Of a DNA stretch of 64,000 nt, positions 9,092 to 20,345 are shown one piece after another. The stretch spans positions 960,001 to 1,024,000 of the forward strand of contig CAXXOA010000002.1 in NCBI GenBank assembly GCA_963666275.2, given 5' to 3'. A program made the translations under genes and the position numbers. Below the pieces are notes generated by a model. That model saw only the letters and a list, made by a program, of their open reading frames with translations, was not told the origin of the DNA and searched no databases. How positions within the stretch are numbered: the stretch's first letter is position 1; each line of letters starts with the position of its first letter. Source of the stretch: Oceanispirochaeta sp. (GTDB lineage: Bacteria; Spirochaetota; Spirochaetia; DSM-2461).

Positions 9092-11548
9092 TTACCCTTC
9101 CCGGGGGAAGGAACCTTCGGGGAAGAGAAAGCCCAGAGCCTCTTTGACGGACCCGCTGAAAAAGAACTCCAGATCATCCTGGATTTCAGGGGGGAGATCT
9201 TCCTTGTCCTGTCTGTTCCGTTCGGGAAGGAGTATTTTACGGCAGCCGTTTCTATGGGCCGCCAGTACTTTTTCTTTGACGCCGCCGATGGGAAGGAGGC
9301 GGTCGGTCAGGGTTATTTCCCCTGTCATGGCCACATCATTGACCAGGGGGGTCTTTCTAATGGCCGAGACAATCGCCGCGGTCATGGTGATCCCCGCTGA
9401 AGGACCGTCTTTGGGAATCGCCCCTTCGGGTACATGGATATGGATATCCTGCTCTTTCTGGAAATCTGCAGGAACATCAAGCTCCTCGTAGTTGGCTCTG
9501 ATGTAGGACAGGGCTATCTGGGCGCTCTCTTTCATCACGTCTCCCAGTTTTCCCGTGAGGATCAGCTTGCCGCTTCCTTTGAGAAGGGATACCTCTACAG
9601 GCAGAATCCTGCCTCCCAGTTCCGTCCAGGCCATACCCGTGGCCAGTCCGGGACGGTTTCTCCGGTCATTGTCTTCATCCTGAAAAGGAGGTTTGCCCAG
9701 GTAGCGGATCACATCGTCTCCGGATACAGTCATTCTGAGACCGGTAAAATCCGGAAGTTCCGGTTCTTTTTCAGGGATCGTTCCAAAGAGCTCCTGGTGG
9801 CTGTGAATCCGGGCTGTATGGATGTTGTCCCGGCCGGACCTGTTCTGATGCTTTTCAATGGCTTCTCTGGCTATTTTACGGATAACCTGTCCGATCTCCC
9901 TTTCCAGATTCCTGACTCCCGACTCTCTTGTGAAATAACGGATGACGGTTATGATGGCATCATCGGTCAGATCAATCCGGCTGATATCCATGCCGTTCTC
10001 TTTGAGCTGCTTGGGAATGATAAAGCCCCGGGCTATGCGGACCTTTTCGATTTCCGTGTATCCGGGGATCTCGATAATCTCCATTCTGTCCAGAAGAGGC
10101 CGGGGGATATTGTGAACCGAGTTGGCCGTGGTAATAAACATAACCCGGGACAGGTCGAAAGAGAGTTCCAGGTAGTGGTCTGTGAATGTGCCGTTCTGCT
10201 CCGGATCGAGAACTTCCAGAAGAGCCGCCGAGGGGTCTCCCCTGTAGTCGTTGCTCATCTTGTCAATCTCATCCAGAAGGAAAACAGGATTGCAGGTACC
10301 GGCTTTTTTCAGGGACTGTATGATTTTTCCCGGCAGGGCTCCCACATAGGTTTTCCGGTGGCCCCGTATTTCCGCTTCGTCCCGGACGCCGCCCAGGGAT
10401 ATCCGTATGAACTCCCGGTTCAGAGCTCTCGCCACAGAGCGTCCCAGAGAGGTCTTTCCTGTTCCCGGAGGGCCCACAAAGCAGAGGATCGGGCCTTTCA
10501 GCTTCTCTCTGACCTGACGGATGGCTATATAGTCCAGAATGCGGTCCTTGGCTTTTTTAAGATCGTAGTGATCTTCGTTCAGCACCCGGGCCGCCCGGAC
10601 GAGGTTCATTTTGTCGTTGGATTCTTCCTTCCAGGGGAGCTCCAGAAGCCACTCCACATAGGTTCTCAGGACTCCCGATTCGGGAGACATGGGCTGGAGT
10701 CTGGAGAGGCGTTTCACCTCTTTGAGAGCTCTTTCCTCCACTTCCCGGGGCAGGTCTTTCTCCTGGATCAGTGCTTCCAGTTCCGCTACGCCCGAGGGAT
10801 CTTCATCCTCCCGGCCCAGCTCTTTGTTTATCTCTTTGAGCTGTTCGTTCAGGAAGTACTCTTTCTGGGTCTTTTCCATTTTTTTCCGGACCCTTCCGGA
10901 GATATTCTGTTTCAGGTTGAGTTTTTCAATTTCCATCTGAATCAGCTCTATCAGCTGGTTCAGTTTTTCTTTTGTATCGTCCAGTTCTAGAAGGCGGATT
11001 TTTTCCTCTGTAGAGATTGTCAGCTGGGATGCTATGATGCCGCAGAGTTTTTCCGGTGTCTGAGCCTGATCCGCCTGATTCCGGATTTCCCGGGTGATCT
11101 TTTTGTTTTTGGCGGAAAAGTCTTTGAAACTCTCCTGCAGGGTTTCCATGGTGACTGCCATTTCTCTGCCCACTTCCCTCTTGTCGGGAAGGGGTTTGTA
11201 CTGGAGCATAAGGATCCCGTTTTTTCTTGTGAGTCGCTGTACCAGTCCCCGGGATCTGCCTTCTACCAGGATCCGTGAGTTCCCGTCGGGGAGTTTGAGA
11301 ACCTGCAGAATGTGGGCTACTGTTCCGTAATTGTAAAGCTGTTTTTTTGTCAGGGCTGATTCTGTAGACTCTTTCTGAAAAGCAAGGAAAATATCCCGTT
11401 TGCCCTTCATGGCCAGGTCTATGGCCGCGACTGAAATCTTGTCGGTAAGAAAAAAAGGTGCCACCGTATACGGAAATATAACCGTATCCGGCAGCACTAT
11501 TACGGGCAGTTCCTGCTTTCTTTTAAGCTGTGATCTGTTTATTTTCAT
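9092..11548 (-). CDS. lon: ATP-dependent protease La (Lon), copy 1
   Basis: Walker [18 protein letters not shown], catalytic PKDGPSAG and IGGVKEK. Start is ATG 11548 or 11557. Confidence 0.97.
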   Translation of the reverse strand: MKINRSQLKRKQELPVIVLPDTVIFPYTVAPFFLTDKISVAAIDLAMKGKRDIFLAFQKESTESALTKKQLYNYGTVAHILQVLKLPDGNSRILVEGRSRGLVQRLTRKNGILMLQYKPLPDKREVGREMAVTMETLQESFKDFSAKNKKITREIRNQADQAQTPEKLCGIIASQLTISTEEKIRLLELDDTKEKLNQLIELIQMEIEKLNLKQNISGRVRKKMEKTQKEYFLNEQLKEINKELGREDEDPSGVAELEALIQEKDLPREVEERALKEVKRLSRLQPMSPESGVLRTYVEWLLELPWKEESNDKMNLVRAARVLNEDHYDLKKAKDRILDYIAIRQVREKLKGPILCFVGPPGTGKTSLGRSVARALNREFIRISLGGVRDEAEIRGHRKTYVGALPGKIIQSLKKAGTCNPVFLLDEIDKMSNDYRGDPSAALLEVLDPEQNGTFTDHYLELSFDLSRVMFITTANSVHNIPRPLLDRMEIIEIPGYTEIEKVRIARGFIIPKQLKENGMDISRIDLTDDAIITVIRYFTRESGVRNLEREIGQVIRKIAREAIEKHQNRSGRDNIHTARIHSHQELFGTIPEKEPELPDFTGLRMTVSGDDVIRYLGKPPFQDEDNDRRNRPGLATGMAWTELGGRILPVEVSLLKGSGKLILTGKLGDVMKESAQIALSYIRANYEELDVPADFQKEQDIHIHVPEGAIPKDGPSAGITMTAAIVSAIRKTPLVNDVAMTGEITLTDRLLPIGGVKEKVLAAHRNGCRKILLPERNRQDKEDLPPEIQDDLEFFFSGSVKEALGFLFPEGSFPREG

Positions 11549-12818
11549 AAAGAGCATTTTCCCATGGGGCTTCCAGTTTGTCCGGATCTGTAATAACTAC
11601 CGGCAAGCTGTCATTTATAATCACATCTTTTGTGATAATGACTTTTTTGGGCCCCTTGGTTGAAGGAAGATCATACATGATGTCGATCATTGCTGTCTCG
11701 ACAATAGAGCGGATACCCCTGGCTCCGGTTTTTCTTTCCAGAGCTTTCTCGGCAATCGCTTCGATGGCTGCCTCTTCAAATGCCAGATTGACATCGTCCA
11801 GTTTAAGAGACTCCTGGAACTGACGTATAACCGAGTTTTTAGGTTCGGTAATGATCTTCTGTAGATCTTCCTTGTTCAGATTGTTCAGGCTGACCTGAAT
11901 CGGCAGACGTCCGATGAATTCAGGAATAAGACCGAATTTTACAAGGTCATCGGGATGCATCTGATTGAACAGTTCTCCCAGATCTTTTTCATGGGACTGC
12001 TGAACATTCGCACCGAATCCCATAGGATGCTGGGTGACTCTGTTCTCAATGATTTTATCCAGTCCGACAAAAGCACCGCCGCAGATGATCAGAATATTGG
12101 ATGTATTGATCTTGAGCATTTCCTGACTGGGATGTTTTCTCCCGCCCTGGGGAGGCACAGACGCTTCGGTACCTTCAATGATTTTCAGAAGGGCCTGCTG
12201 TACTCCTTCACCCGAGACGTCTCTGGTGATGGAAACATTTTCGCCTTTCCGCGAAATCTTGTCGATTTCGTCAATGTAGATTATACCTCTTTCAGCAGCG
12301 GCAATGTTATTTCCTGAAGCCTGAATGAGTTTCAGGAGGATATTTTCCACGTCTTCACCGACATACCCGGCTTCTGTCAGAGTCGTTGCATCGGCAATGG
12401 CAAAGGGAACTTTCAATTTCTTGGCCAGAGTTCTGGCAAGGAGAGTCTTTCCTGTTCCGGTCGGGCCGATGAGAAGAACATTGGTTTTTTCAAGTTCCAC
12501 ATCTTTTGAGACTCTGTCTTTGTACATGATTCTTTTGTAGTGGTTGTAAACACCCACAGAAAGGGTCTTTTTGGCAAGGTCCTGTCCGATCACATACTGG
12601 TCAAGGTACTCTTTGATCTCTTTGGGGGTCGGAATTTCATCTATGAAATCAGAAGAGATGCTGTCCTCTTCCTCTGCCATGATTTTATTACATACCTGAA
12701 CGCATTCGTCGCAGATGTAGACGCCTGGTCCGGCAATAAGTTTCTTTGCAATATCAGAGTGTTTTCCGCAAAAGGAGCAGACTTTTAACTCTTTGTTCGA
12801 TTTTGTTGATCTAGCCAT
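11523..12818 (-). CDS. clpX: Clp protease ATP-binding subunit ClpX
   Basis: C4 zinc finger CSFCGK...[31 protein letters not shown] loop. Confidence 0.98.
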   Translation of the reverse strand: MARSTKSNKELKVCSFCGKHSDIAKKLIAGPGVYICDECVQVCNKIMAEEEDSISSDFIDEIPTPKEIKEYLDQYVIGQDLAKKTLSVGVYNHYKRIMYKDRVSKDVELEKTNVLLIGPTGTGKTLLARTLAKKLKVPFAIADATTLTEAGYVGEDVENILLKLIQASGNNIAAAERGIIYIDEIDKISRKGENVSITRDVSGEGVQQALLKIIEGTEASVPPQGGRKHPSQEMLKINTSNILIICGGAFVGLDKIIENRVTQHPMGFGANVQQSHEKDLGELFNQMHPDDLVKFGLIPEFIGRLPIQVSLNNLNKEDLQKIITEPKNSVIRQFQESLKLDDVNLAFEEAAIEAIAEKALERKTGARGIRSIVETAMIDIMYDLPSTKGPKKVIITKDVIINDSLPVVITDPDKLEAPWENALYENKQITA

Positions 12819-12827
12819 ATATATAAA

Positions 12828-13421
12828 TTACCTCTTAAGGATACTGTCTGTGATACCGTAGCTCACAGCCTCTTCAGCAGACATGAAAAAGTCCCTTTCC
12901 ATATCCTCTGCGATCTGTTCTTCCGTTTTGCCTGTATTCTGGGCAAAATAGGTGATAAGAAGTTTTTTCAGACGGATGATTTCCCGTGCCTGAATGCCTA
13001 TATCCCGGGCCTGGCCCTTCACTCCGCCCCAGGGCTGATGAATCATAACTCTGGAAGAGGGGAGGCTGAACCGTTTGCCTCTGGCGCCACCGGCCAGCAG
13101 TACGGCTCCCATGGATGCGGCCTGTCCCATGCAGATGGTCTGAACGTCGGGTTTGATATGCTGCATGGTGTCATATATGGCCAGTCCGGCAGTTACGGAA
13201 CCGCCGGGACTGTTTATGTACAGGTTAATGTCTTTTTCAGGATCTTCCGATTCCAGAAAAAGAAGCTGAGCCACAACCAGATCCGCCGTTACATCCTGAA
13301 TTTCACCATCAAGAAAAACTATCCTGTCCTTTAAAAGGCGGGAGTAGATGTCATAAGACCGTTCGCCCACACCTGTTCTTTCTACAACCATGGGAACTAA
13401 AGTATTATTCTGAATGTCCAT
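12828..13421 (-). CDS. clpP: Clp protease proteolytic subunit
   Basis: [36 protein letters not shown]. Confidence 0.98.
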   Translation of the reverse strand: MDIQNNTLVPMVVERTGVGERSYDIYSRLLKDRIVFLDGEIQDVTADLVVAQLLFLESEDPEKDINLYINSPGGSVTAGLAIYDTMQHIKPDVQTICMGQAASMGAVLLAGGARGKRFSLPSSRVMIHQPWGGVKGQARDIGIQAREIIRLKKLLITYFAQNTGKTEEQIAEDMERDFFMSAEEAVSYGITDSILKR

Positions 13422-13444
13422 ATCGGCAGACCTCGTTATTAAGC

Positions 13445-14788
13445 TTATTTCATTAAGTCGGAATAATCGACTTTCTCAGCATCCTTGGATACTTTGGCGT
13501 TCTCAAGCAGGAAGTCAATCAGTTTCTTCTGCTTCAGATCACTACTAAGATACTCTTTTAAGCCGGCTTCGCCAAATGATTTTTTCAGATCTTCCACAGG
13601 CATATTGTACATTTCAGCCTGTTTTGCGATCTCTTCTTCCATTTCCTCGTCGCTGACTTCGATCTTTTCGTCTTCGATAATTTTGTTGAAAATCAGCTGG
13701 GTTTTCAAGCTCTTTTCAGCATTTTCTTTCCAGCTTTCCAGGAACTGATCCTTGCTCTGTCCCTGAATTTCAAGGAACTGAAGCATCTGATCTTCGGGCA
13801 TCTGAGACTGCTGGAGGAAGTTTCTCCAGTTGTTTTCCAGTTCCGCTTTGATCATGGAGGCGGGCAGAGTTATATCGCTGGATTCAACCAGTTTGTCCAC
13901 CAGCTGTTCAATCTTTTCAGATTTGATTTTTTCTTCAGCAGACTGTTTCAGTCTGTCTTTGATATCTTTTCTCAGATCATCAAGGGTTTCGAACTTTTCG
14001 TTCACATCCTGTGCCAGTTCATCATCCAGCTCGGGAAGCTGTTTTTCTTTTACGGCTTTTACAGTGACTTTCAGAGAGACATTCCGTCCGGCCAGTTCGG
14101 AGTTTTCAAAATCATCCTTGTACCGTTTCCGGATAATCTTCTCTTCGCCTTTTTTCATGTCAACGATCTGTTTGTCGATCTTGTAGTAGTTGTTTCCGGA
14201 TCCTACAGTGAAGACAAAATCTTCCCTTTTGGTTCCTTCCACTTCATCCTTGCCTTCCATCTCAACATAGTCAATGGTGACAATATCTTTATCAGCAACA
14301 GTTTCATCGGCTTTGTCCATGACAACAGAATTCTGTTCCTGAATCTTTTCAAGCTCTTCATTTTCATGCTTTTTCAGGATTTTAACCTGTTTCTCGGTTA
14401 TCTCCAGGCCTTTGTATTCTCCGAATTTCACTTCAGGGAATGTGTCGTAAACAAGCTCGAATGAGAACTCTTTTTCAGGGTCCAGCTCAGGTTTTCCCTG
14501 AACTTCGGGGTAGTCGTATCCAAGAGGTTTCTCTTCAACCTCTTCAATAACTGCTTTCAGGGCTTTATCCATGAGATTAGCAGCCGCTTCTTCCCTGATC
14601 CCCTCTCCGAATTTTCTTTCAAGAACAGATGCGGGAACCTTTCCTTTTCTGAATCCTTTAATCTGTACTTCTTTGGAGTATTTGCTCAGAAGATCTTTGT
14701 ACTCTTTGGCTGCGTGTTCTTGTCCTACCGTGATAGAAAGCTTCACAGCAGAGTTTTCCAATTTCTCGACATTTTTACTGGTAATCAC
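13445..14788 (-). CDS. tig: Trigger factor
   Basis: GFRKGKVP ribosome-binding motif and FKBP-like domain. Start moved to GTG 14788 behind GAGGA; tig-clpP-clpX-lon order. Confidence 0.95.
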   Translation of the reverse strand: MITSKNVEKLENSAVKLSITVGQEHAAKEYKDLLSKYSKEVQIKGFRKGKVPASVLERKFGEGIREEAAANLMDKALKAVIEEVEEKPLGYDYPEVQGKPELDPEKEFSFELVYDTFPEVKFGEYKGLEITEKQVKILKKHENEELEKIQEQNSVVMDKADETVADKDIVTIDYVEMEGKDEVEGTKREDFVFTVGSGNNYYKIDKQIVDMKKGEEKIIRKRYKDDFENSELAGRNVSLKVTVKAVKEKQLPELDDELAQDVNEKFETLDDLRKDIKDRLKQSAEEKIKSEKIEQLVDKLVESSDITLPASMIKAELENNWRNFLQQSQMPEDQMLQFLEIQGQSKDQFLESWKENAEKSLKTQLIFNKIIEDEKIEVSDEEMEEEIAKQAEMYNMPVEDLKKSFGEAGLKEYLSSDLKQKKLIDFLLENAKVSKDAEKVDYSDLMK

Positions 14789-14822
14789 AGCTACGTCCTC
14801 GTTAATGGGTTTGTCGGTATAT

Positions 14823-14858
14823 AAAAAAAGACGACCCGGATAACACCCAGATCGCCTT
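14823..14858 (-). terminator. Intrinsic terminator downstream of the tRNA cluster
   Basis: Minus strand GGCGATCTGG-loop-CCGGGTCGTC followed by TTTTTTT. Confidence 0.75.
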
Positions 14859-14871
14859 CCACCTTCCGTTG

Positions 14872-14886
14872 AGCGAAAGACGGGAC
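14872..14886 (-). repeat. 15-bp exact duplicate of the tRNA-Gly 3' end
   Basis: AGCGAAAGACGGGAC at 14872-14886 equals 15024-15038. Confidence 0.85.
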
Positions 14887-15023
14887 AGAAAAGTCCCGGC
14901 TTCCTGCCGGAAATGCCCGGCTTATTATATTGTAAGAACAAGGACAGAGGCGCCGTGTCCTTCGAGTTTGTCCCGGGGACTTCACTCTTTGCTGAACTTT
15001 GGCATTGCCCTGCTCTTTATTTA

Positions 15024-15095
15024 AGCGAAAGACGGGACTTGAACCCGCGACATCCACCTTGGCAAGGTGGAGCTCTACCACTGAGCTACTTTCGC
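15024..15095 (-). tRNA. tRNA-Gly(GCC)
   Basis: GCGAAAGTAGCTCAGTGGTAGAGC...CCACC-TTGCCAA-GGTGG...GGTTCAAGTCCCGTCTTTCGCT; CCA not encoded. Confidence 0.97.
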
Positions 15096-15124
15096 AAACA
15101 GTAAAAAAGTGCCTCTGACACTTT

Positions 15125-15205
15125 TGCGAGAGAAGGGACTCGAACCCTTACACCGAAGGCACTAGTTCCTAAGACTAGCGTGTCTACCAATTCCACCACT
15201 CTCGC
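15125..15205 (-). tRNA. tRNA-Leu(TAG)
   Basis: GCGAGAGTGGTGGAATTGGTAGACAC; anticodon loop CTTAGGA; long variable arm; GGTTCGAGTCC. Confidence 0.97.
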
Positions 15206-15209
15206 AGTC

Positions 15210-15282
15210 TGAGCCGTAAAGGGTTCGAACCTTTGACCCGCAGATTAAGAGTCTGCTGCTCTACCAACTGAGCTAACGGCCC
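15210..15282 (-). tRNA. tRNA-Lys(CTT)
   Basis: GGGCCGTTAGCTCAGTTGGTAGAGCA-GCAGA-CTCTTAA-TCTGC...GGTTCGAACC. Confidence 0.97.
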
Positions 15283-15288
15283 TGATTG

Positions 15289-15362
<74 letters not shown>

Positions 15363-15373
15363 AACTAAAGGAG

Positions 15374-15447
15374 GGTGAATGACGGGACTCGAACCCGCGA
15401 CAACCAGAACCACAATCTGGCGCTCTACCAACTGAACTACATTCACC
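15374..15447 (-). tRNA. tRNA-His(GTG)
   Basis: G(-1)GTGAATGTAGTTCAGTTGGTAGAGCG-CCAGA-TTGTGGT-TCTGG...; G-1:C73 identity pair. Confidence 0.97.
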
Positions 15448-15468
15448 ATATTTTTAAGAACGAGACGT

Positions 15469-15497
15469 ATAATCATATAAAAGGAGGGTTTTGTCAA
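15469..15497 (-). promoter_or_regulatory. Candidate sigma70 promoter of the tRNA operon
   Basis: Perfect TTGACA, 17-nt spacer, weaker GATTAT -10, about 20 nt upstream of tRNA-His. Confidence 0.5.
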
Positions 15498-15523
15498 TAT
15501 AATTTGAATGACTTTTTATAAAA

Positions 15524-17728
15524 TCAGAAAGAAACCCTGAGGATGGTGTAAAAACTTTCCCAGGAAACCCTTACATCTCTGAGATGTTCCATACAGAGGG
15601 TCCGGTAATGTTCTGTCAGATCAGGGCTCAGGTGTTTTGAAAGCCTGCTTCCCAGGGTTCCTTCTCTGGTCGGGGACAGCCACTGGTTCAGGAGGGCTTC
15701 CGTCAGGAGCCTTTCCTCTGTTCCGCTGAACTGTTCACTCGATTTGCGTATCGACTGATCCGGAATAAAAAGGCCCAGGGCTTTCTCCGGAGAAACAAGA
15801 TGAGGATGCCACTCCCTGTATACCGCCTCTTCCGCTTCCAGGATGCTGTCGAAGTCCGCAGATCCCTCTACTTTCTTTTTCAGGAGGGTCCCGAGGCGGC
15901 TTCCCGCTCCGGGGAGGGGTTCGCAGCTCAGCAGCTCTCCTCCCGGTGCGGCAAGGTCCCGGAGCAGTTCCCACTCGCTCTTCCACTCCTCCCCGGGAGT
16001 CCGGAAGATCCAGTTGCGGGTAATAATCCTTTCAAACCGTATTTTTTCGGAGCGAAGGTTCTCCAGGACCGTCAGAGGCGGAACGTCCTCTTCTCCCAGG
16101 AGCAGAGGCCGCTCGGTGACCGGGAGGGTCCGGGCAAAGTGACTGCACAGGTCCAGGTGCCTTTTTTCAGGGAAGTAGGCGGTGACTCCCCCCTCAGGGG
16201 ACCGGCGCCAGCTTTCCCAGAGCAGAAATCCGCCGGATTCTTTCCATACCAGGGTCCTGTGGTGTCTTTCCGGACTGGCCAGGGAGAAGACCCGTGATCT
16301 CATCTGCTCCAGGAACTCACCGGACTGACCGCTGGTCCGCCGCATCCACCGGTCTCTCTGTTTATCGCCGGGTGAGTAGGTGAGAACTTCTGCGGGTTCT
16401 TCGATCATCGAAGCCATCTGGGCTTCCCTTTTTCTGACCACATCATCCTGGATCTGCTGCTCATATCCCTGAGCAGAGGGCTGGTAGAAGATCCGCCCTT
16501 TCAGTCCTTCCGGCAGATAGGCCTGGGCTACCCAGTGTTCCCTGTAGGCATGGGGATAGTTGTAGCCCTCGCCATGGCCGAAGCCGTGCTTGTCCCGGCT
16601 GGGATCCTTCAGATGGTTGGGAACCTCTTTGGCCGCTTCCTCCTCCACGACTTTCATGGCATCGAAAAACGCCAGTGCCGAGTTGGATTTGGGAGCTGTG
16701 GCCAGATAGAGTGCCGCTTGGGTCAGTGGGAACTGTCCCTCGGGCAGACCGATCCTGTCATAGGCCTGAGCCGCCGCGTTGACCACCACAAGGGCATTGG
16801 GATCTGCCAGCCCGACATCTTCCGAAGCGGAAATGATCATTCTTCTGAAAATGAACCGGGGGTCTTCTCCGGCCCGGATCATCCGGGCCATCCAGTACAG
16901 GGCCGCGTCAGGGTCGGATCCTCTGATGGACTTTATAAAGGCACTGATCGTATCGTAGTGATAGTCTCCCTCTTTGTCGTAGAGAACCACTTTCTGCTGT
17001 ATGCTCTCTTCGGCGGTTTCCAGGGTTATATGTATGGAACTCCCCACGGGGGGAGGATAGTTTTCGGGAGTTGTCTCTACAGCGAGCTGCAGGGAGTTGA
17101 GTACGCTCCGGGCGTCTCCGTCTGCGGTTTTTACAAGATGTTCCAGAGCGCCCTCTTCAAAGGACACTTTCCACTGTCCGTATCCCCTTTCTCTGTCATT
17201 CAGCGCCTGGAGGGCGATCTCCTTCAGATCCCGGGAGTTCAGTTCCTTCAGCTGAAAAATCCGGCTCCGGCTCACAAGAGCGGAGTTGACTTCGAAGTAG
17301 GGGTTCTCCGTGGTGGCACCGATCAGGATGATGGTCCCGTTTTCCACCCAGGGGAGCAGAGCGTCCTGCTGAGCCTTGTTCCAGCGGTGAACTTCGTCAA
17401 CGAAGAGGATACTCCTTCTGCCGTGGATATCTCTTGTTTCCTGGGCTTCATCAATGGCGTCCCGTATCTGTTTTACACCGCTGAGGACCGCATTGATGCT
17501 AATGAACCGGCTGCTTGTTGTTCCGGCAATGACCCGGGCCAGGGTTGTTTTTCCTGTTCCGGGAGGGCCGTAGAAAATCAGGGATGAAAGCTGGTCTGCC
17601 TGTATGGCTCTGCGGAGAAGCCTTCCCTCTCCGACGATATGATCCTGACCCACGTATTCATTCAGATTACGGGGGCGCATCCTCGCGGCGAGAGGTTCGT
17701 TATGGGGAGCCTGTGCAAAAAGATCCAT
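15524..17728 (-). CDS. rarA: Replication-associated recombination protein RarA/MgsA with a long C-terminal extension
   Basis: [62 protein letters not shown]; about 290 extra C-terminal residues. Confidence 0.92.
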   Translation of the reverse strand: MDLFAQAPHNEPLAARMRPRNLNEYVGQDHIVGEGRLLRRAIQADQLSSLIFYGPPGTGKTTLARVIAGTTSSRFISINAVLSGVKQIRDAIDEAQETRDIHGRRSILFVDEVHRWNKAQQDALLPWVENGTIILIGATTENPYFEVNSALVSRSRIFQLKELNSRDLKEIALQALNDRERGYGQWKVSFEEGALEHLVKTADGDARSVLNSLQLAVETTPENYPPPVGSSIHITLETAEESIQQKVVLYDKEGDYHYDTISAFIKSIRGSDPDAALYWMARMIRAGEDPRFIFRRMIISASEDVGLADPNALVVVNAAAQAYDRIGLPEGQFPLTQAALYLATAPKSNSALAFFDAMKVVEEEAAKEVPNHLKDPSRDKHGFGHGEGYNYPHAYREHWVAQAYLPEGLKGRIFYQPSAQGYEQQIQDDVVRKREAQMASMIEEPAEVLTYSPGDKQRDRWMRRTSGQSGEFLEQMRSRVFSLASPERHHRTLVWKESGGFLLWESWRRSPEGGVTAYFPEKRHLDLCSHFARTLPVTERPLLLGEEDVPPLTVLENLRSEKIRFERIITRNWIFRTPGEEWKSEWELLRDLAAPGGELLSCEPLPGAGSRLGTLLKKKVEGSADFDSILEAEEAVYREWHPHLVSPEKALGLFIPDQSIRKSSEQFSGTEERLLTEALLNQWLSPTREGTLGSRLSKHLSPDLTEHYRTLCMEHLRDVRVSWESFYTILRVSF

Positions 17729-17740
17729 TTACTGATTTAA

Positions 17741-18322
17741 TCAGAATTTTCTGATTTCGTCTTTAGCCTGTTTCAGAACCTGACTGTACTGTTCTTCCAT
17801 TCTGCCGAACTGTTCGGAAAGGAGCTTGAGGAATTCCGGATCATCCTCGGGAGACAGCTTGACAGTTTGTCCTGTCTGCTGCTGAAGCTGCATCTCTTTC
17901 TGGCGCAGCTGAGGCATATACTGCTGTTTCAGAGCCTCTTCCAGCTGATCCATATTGGAAAGGTACTGTTCAAAGAGCTGGGAAAGCTGTCCGAACAGAT
18001 CGTTTGTATTTTTTTTATCTCCCGTGATGAGGATAACGGCTTTTTTCAGTTTCTCCAGTCCCGCCAGATCGGCTTCCAGTCTCGGGAGGGAGAGGTTTGC
18101 CAGAACCGTTTCCAGAGCTCCGGAGCGGAACCATACCTGTTCGTCCCCTTTATAATGTTTCAGCCTGTCGGCAATATCAGATTCTTCGGGTTTCTCCAGA
18201 TAGGAGGATGCACTGATCTTTCCCTCCTTTGTGAGGGATGTCTTTTTCATAGCCTCTCTGTCTACTTTCAGGTCGGCGGTTTTTTCCATGGCCAGTTCAA
18301 GGGCGGATTTTATCTTTCCCAT
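17741..18322 (-). CDS. Conserved hypothetical helical protein (DUF6657-like)
   Basis: MGKIKSALELAMEKT N-terminus and P-x-x-DPEF near the C-terminus; AGAGG SD. Confidence 0.7.
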   Translation of the reverse strand: MGKIKSALELAMEKTADLKVDREAMKKTSLTKEGKISASSYLEKPEESDIADRLKHYKGDEQVWFRSGALETVLANLSLPRLEADLAGLEKLKKAVILITGDKKNTNDLFGQLSQLFEQYLSNMDQLEEALKQQYMPQLRQKEMQLQQQTGQTVKLSPEDDPEFLKLLSEQFGRMEEQYSQVLKQAKDEIRKF

Positions 18323-18536
18323 ATATTCCTCTTTCTCCGGGAGTCCTTCTATTCCTGAAAAACCGGTTTTCAGGGGTCCCTGTTATTCGCAATCCTAAGA
18401 ACAAGATAATAGGATTAATCTCCCAGATCAAGGAGACTCTTCCAAAACCGGAAAATTCCCCTTTTCCGGAGTTCCCGGCCCCCGCCGAATCCGGGGATTC
18501 TTATTATTTCAGCCCTGTGGTATACTCCCAGACGCT

Positions 18537-18902
18537 ATGAGTAGAAGAAGTGAAAGACAGAGAACAGAAAAATTTCAGAAAAGAGCAACTGTCATGCTGG
18601 ATACTTTCCACTGGCAGAAGGAAGAGGAATTTTTCCTGGGCATTATTGAAACAGGAGTTTTTCCTGTGCAGGAGGTTCGGGATCTCTCATGGGATCAGTT
18701 GAAAGATACCTATGAGGGGCTTTTCTGCAAAGGAACCCTTCTTGAGCTGAGAGACAGTATCCTGGAAGGATTCCGCGAGATGCTCACTACCGGAGAGGGC
18801 CTTTACGGTGAGCCAATTAATAACGGTAAAGGGCAGTTTCCTGTTTTCAGAAAAGAGAGTCTCAAGGGCGTTACGAAAGAACTGGACCAGTTCAGGGATT
18901 AA
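18537..18902 (+). CDS. Hypothetical protein
   Basis: 121-aa ORF filling the gap, with TGGTATACT (extended -10-like) just upstream. No recognisable motif. Confidence 0.6.
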   Translation: MSRRSERQRTEKFQKRATVMLDTFHWQKEEEFFLGIIETGVFPVQEVRDLSWDQLKDTYEGLFCKGTLLELRDSILEGFREMLTTGEGLYGEPINNGKGQFPVFRKESLKGVTKELDQFRD

Positions 18903-19464
18903 GAATACCCGATTCCGTACAGATCATATCGACTTTACGGTCCAGGCCTTCCTCGGTAGGGATGAATTCCCTGAGGCAGGCGTCGCAGGTTATTCCGATC
19001 AGCAGAGTTTCCGACAGATCTGCTCCGGCCAGATACCTGTCGTAAAAGCCCCCGCCCCGTCCCATTCGTTCCCCCTGTGCGGTGAAGCCCAGGCCGGGAA
19101 CAAGGATTATTCCATTTTTGTCAGGAGCCACTACCGGGGAGTCCCGGCGGGGTTCTCTGATTCCCCATTTATTAAGAACAAATTCTCCGGGATCCCACTG
19201 CTTCAGTGCTCTGAAGGTCATGGTTGTGGAGCTTTCTATCAGGGGCACGGCCGTCTCTTTTCCGGCAGCAAGGCCTGCTCTTATCAGACTGTCCAGACAG
19301 ATCTCTCTGCCGAAGGAGAGATAGGCGAAAATGCTACTGCTGCTCTGCCACTCCCTGAGTCCCTCTATACTTCTGCAGATATTCGCGCTGATGATTTCAA
19401 TTTCTTCCGGGCTGATACGGTTCCAGGTTTCCCTGAGCTGTGAGCGGCACTCTTTTTTTGTCAA
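18892..19464 (-). CDS. 5-formyltetrahydrofolate cyclo-ligase
   Basis: WGIREP, ILVPGLGF, GERMGRGGGFYDRYL, D-x-x-VD-x-I-x-TE. Confidence 0.93.
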   Translation of the reverse strand: MTKKECRSQLRETWNRISPEEIEIISANICRSIEGLREWQSSSSIFAYLSFGREICLDSLIRAGLAAGKETAVPLIESSTTMTFRALKQWDPGEFVLNKWGIREPRRDSPVVAPDKNGIILVPGLGFTAQGERMGRGGGFYDRYLAGADLSETLLIGITCDACLREFIPTEEGLDRKVDMICTESGILNP

Positions 19465-19579
19465 TTTATTTCCTGAATCCTTTTTTTAATTAAATTTTCC
19501 TTCCGCAGTTCCGGAGACTCCCTGTGTCCTGTTTCACAGGAAGGGAATCAGGGCCGGAACAGAGGGTAAGGGGTGCCTG

Positions 19580-20212
19580 TCAGTATCCGAAGCTGACACC
19601 CAGGCTGTTTGTTCTGAGAGTAACATAATTTCCGCTCACAGGAGCATTATTTCCCAGGGAAAATGTAAAATAGCGGCTCTCATTAAAGGGATCATAGACA
19701 CGGCCCATCCCGGTCCGGCTGTTGATCTCCATTTTAACAGGTAGGGGTTTGTCTATATACCGGCTTAACATGGGTTCGATCCCTTTCAGGGAGACCGCTT
19801 TGACAAGGTTCATGTTGGTATAGGAGGTACTTTTATAGATCTGGGCGCTTAAGCCCTCGGGTATGCCGGGAGAGGCGGGGGATTCATCGTAATTTACCCA
19901 GAGCAGATAGGAGTTTCCTTCTCCGTAGGCTTTTCCCGCAGCAGGTTTGTCAACAAACACATGGATGCCGAATCCTCCCATGCCATCCTCAAGCCCGTCC
20001 ACGTATTTCACATTGAATTTGTAGGTTACCGTATCCTGTTGTTTCAGAGGCAGGTTTGCTTTGGCCATGCCGGCTTTCAGGTCGTTCTGATACAGACGAC
20101 TGCCCGAGAGATCCCAATCTCCATAGGTAGGTTTTACCGGGAGGGTCTGGCTGAACAGAGGGGCGATTAGCAGAAGAGCTAAACTGAGTGTAATAATAAC
20201 TTTCCTTTTCAT
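19580..20212 (-). CDS. Secreted hypothetical protein, beta-rich
   Basis: Signal peptide MKRKVIITLSLALLLIAPLFS from ATG 20212 behind GAGGT. Confidence 0.75.
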   Translation of the reverse strand: MKRKVIITLSLALLLIAPLFSQTLPVKPTYGDWDLSGSRLYQNDLKAGMAKANLPLKQQDTVTYKFNVKYVDGLEDGMGGFGIHVFVDKPAAGKAYGEGNSYLLWVNYDESPASPGIPEGLSAQIYKSTSYTNMNLVKAVSLKGIEPMLSRYIDKPLPVKMEINSRTGMGRVYDPFNESRYFTFSLGNNAPVSGNYVTLRTNSLGVSFGY

Positions 20213-20345
20213 TTTAGATACCTCTAACAGATGGTTTTTTGTGTGCGACAAATATCACATTAACCCCGAAATCCCGAGGCTACAAGGAAAAAATACTCAG
20301 TTATTTATGAGTTCTCTGTTAAAGGGGAAAATCAGGGAAATTTTG

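Noticed and set aside
9434..10990. Long plus-strand ORFs (also 16535-17587, 26679-27695, 27493-29058, 51355-52356, 58488-59774)
   Set aside because: Antisense shadows of conserved genes (lon, rarA, sufD, sufB, leuC, second lon) with no protein motifs.
19465..19579. 6S RNA upstream of the cyclo-ligase gene
   Set aside because: Too short for a roughly 180-nt 6S RNA and no central bubble; kept only as an unexplained hairpin.
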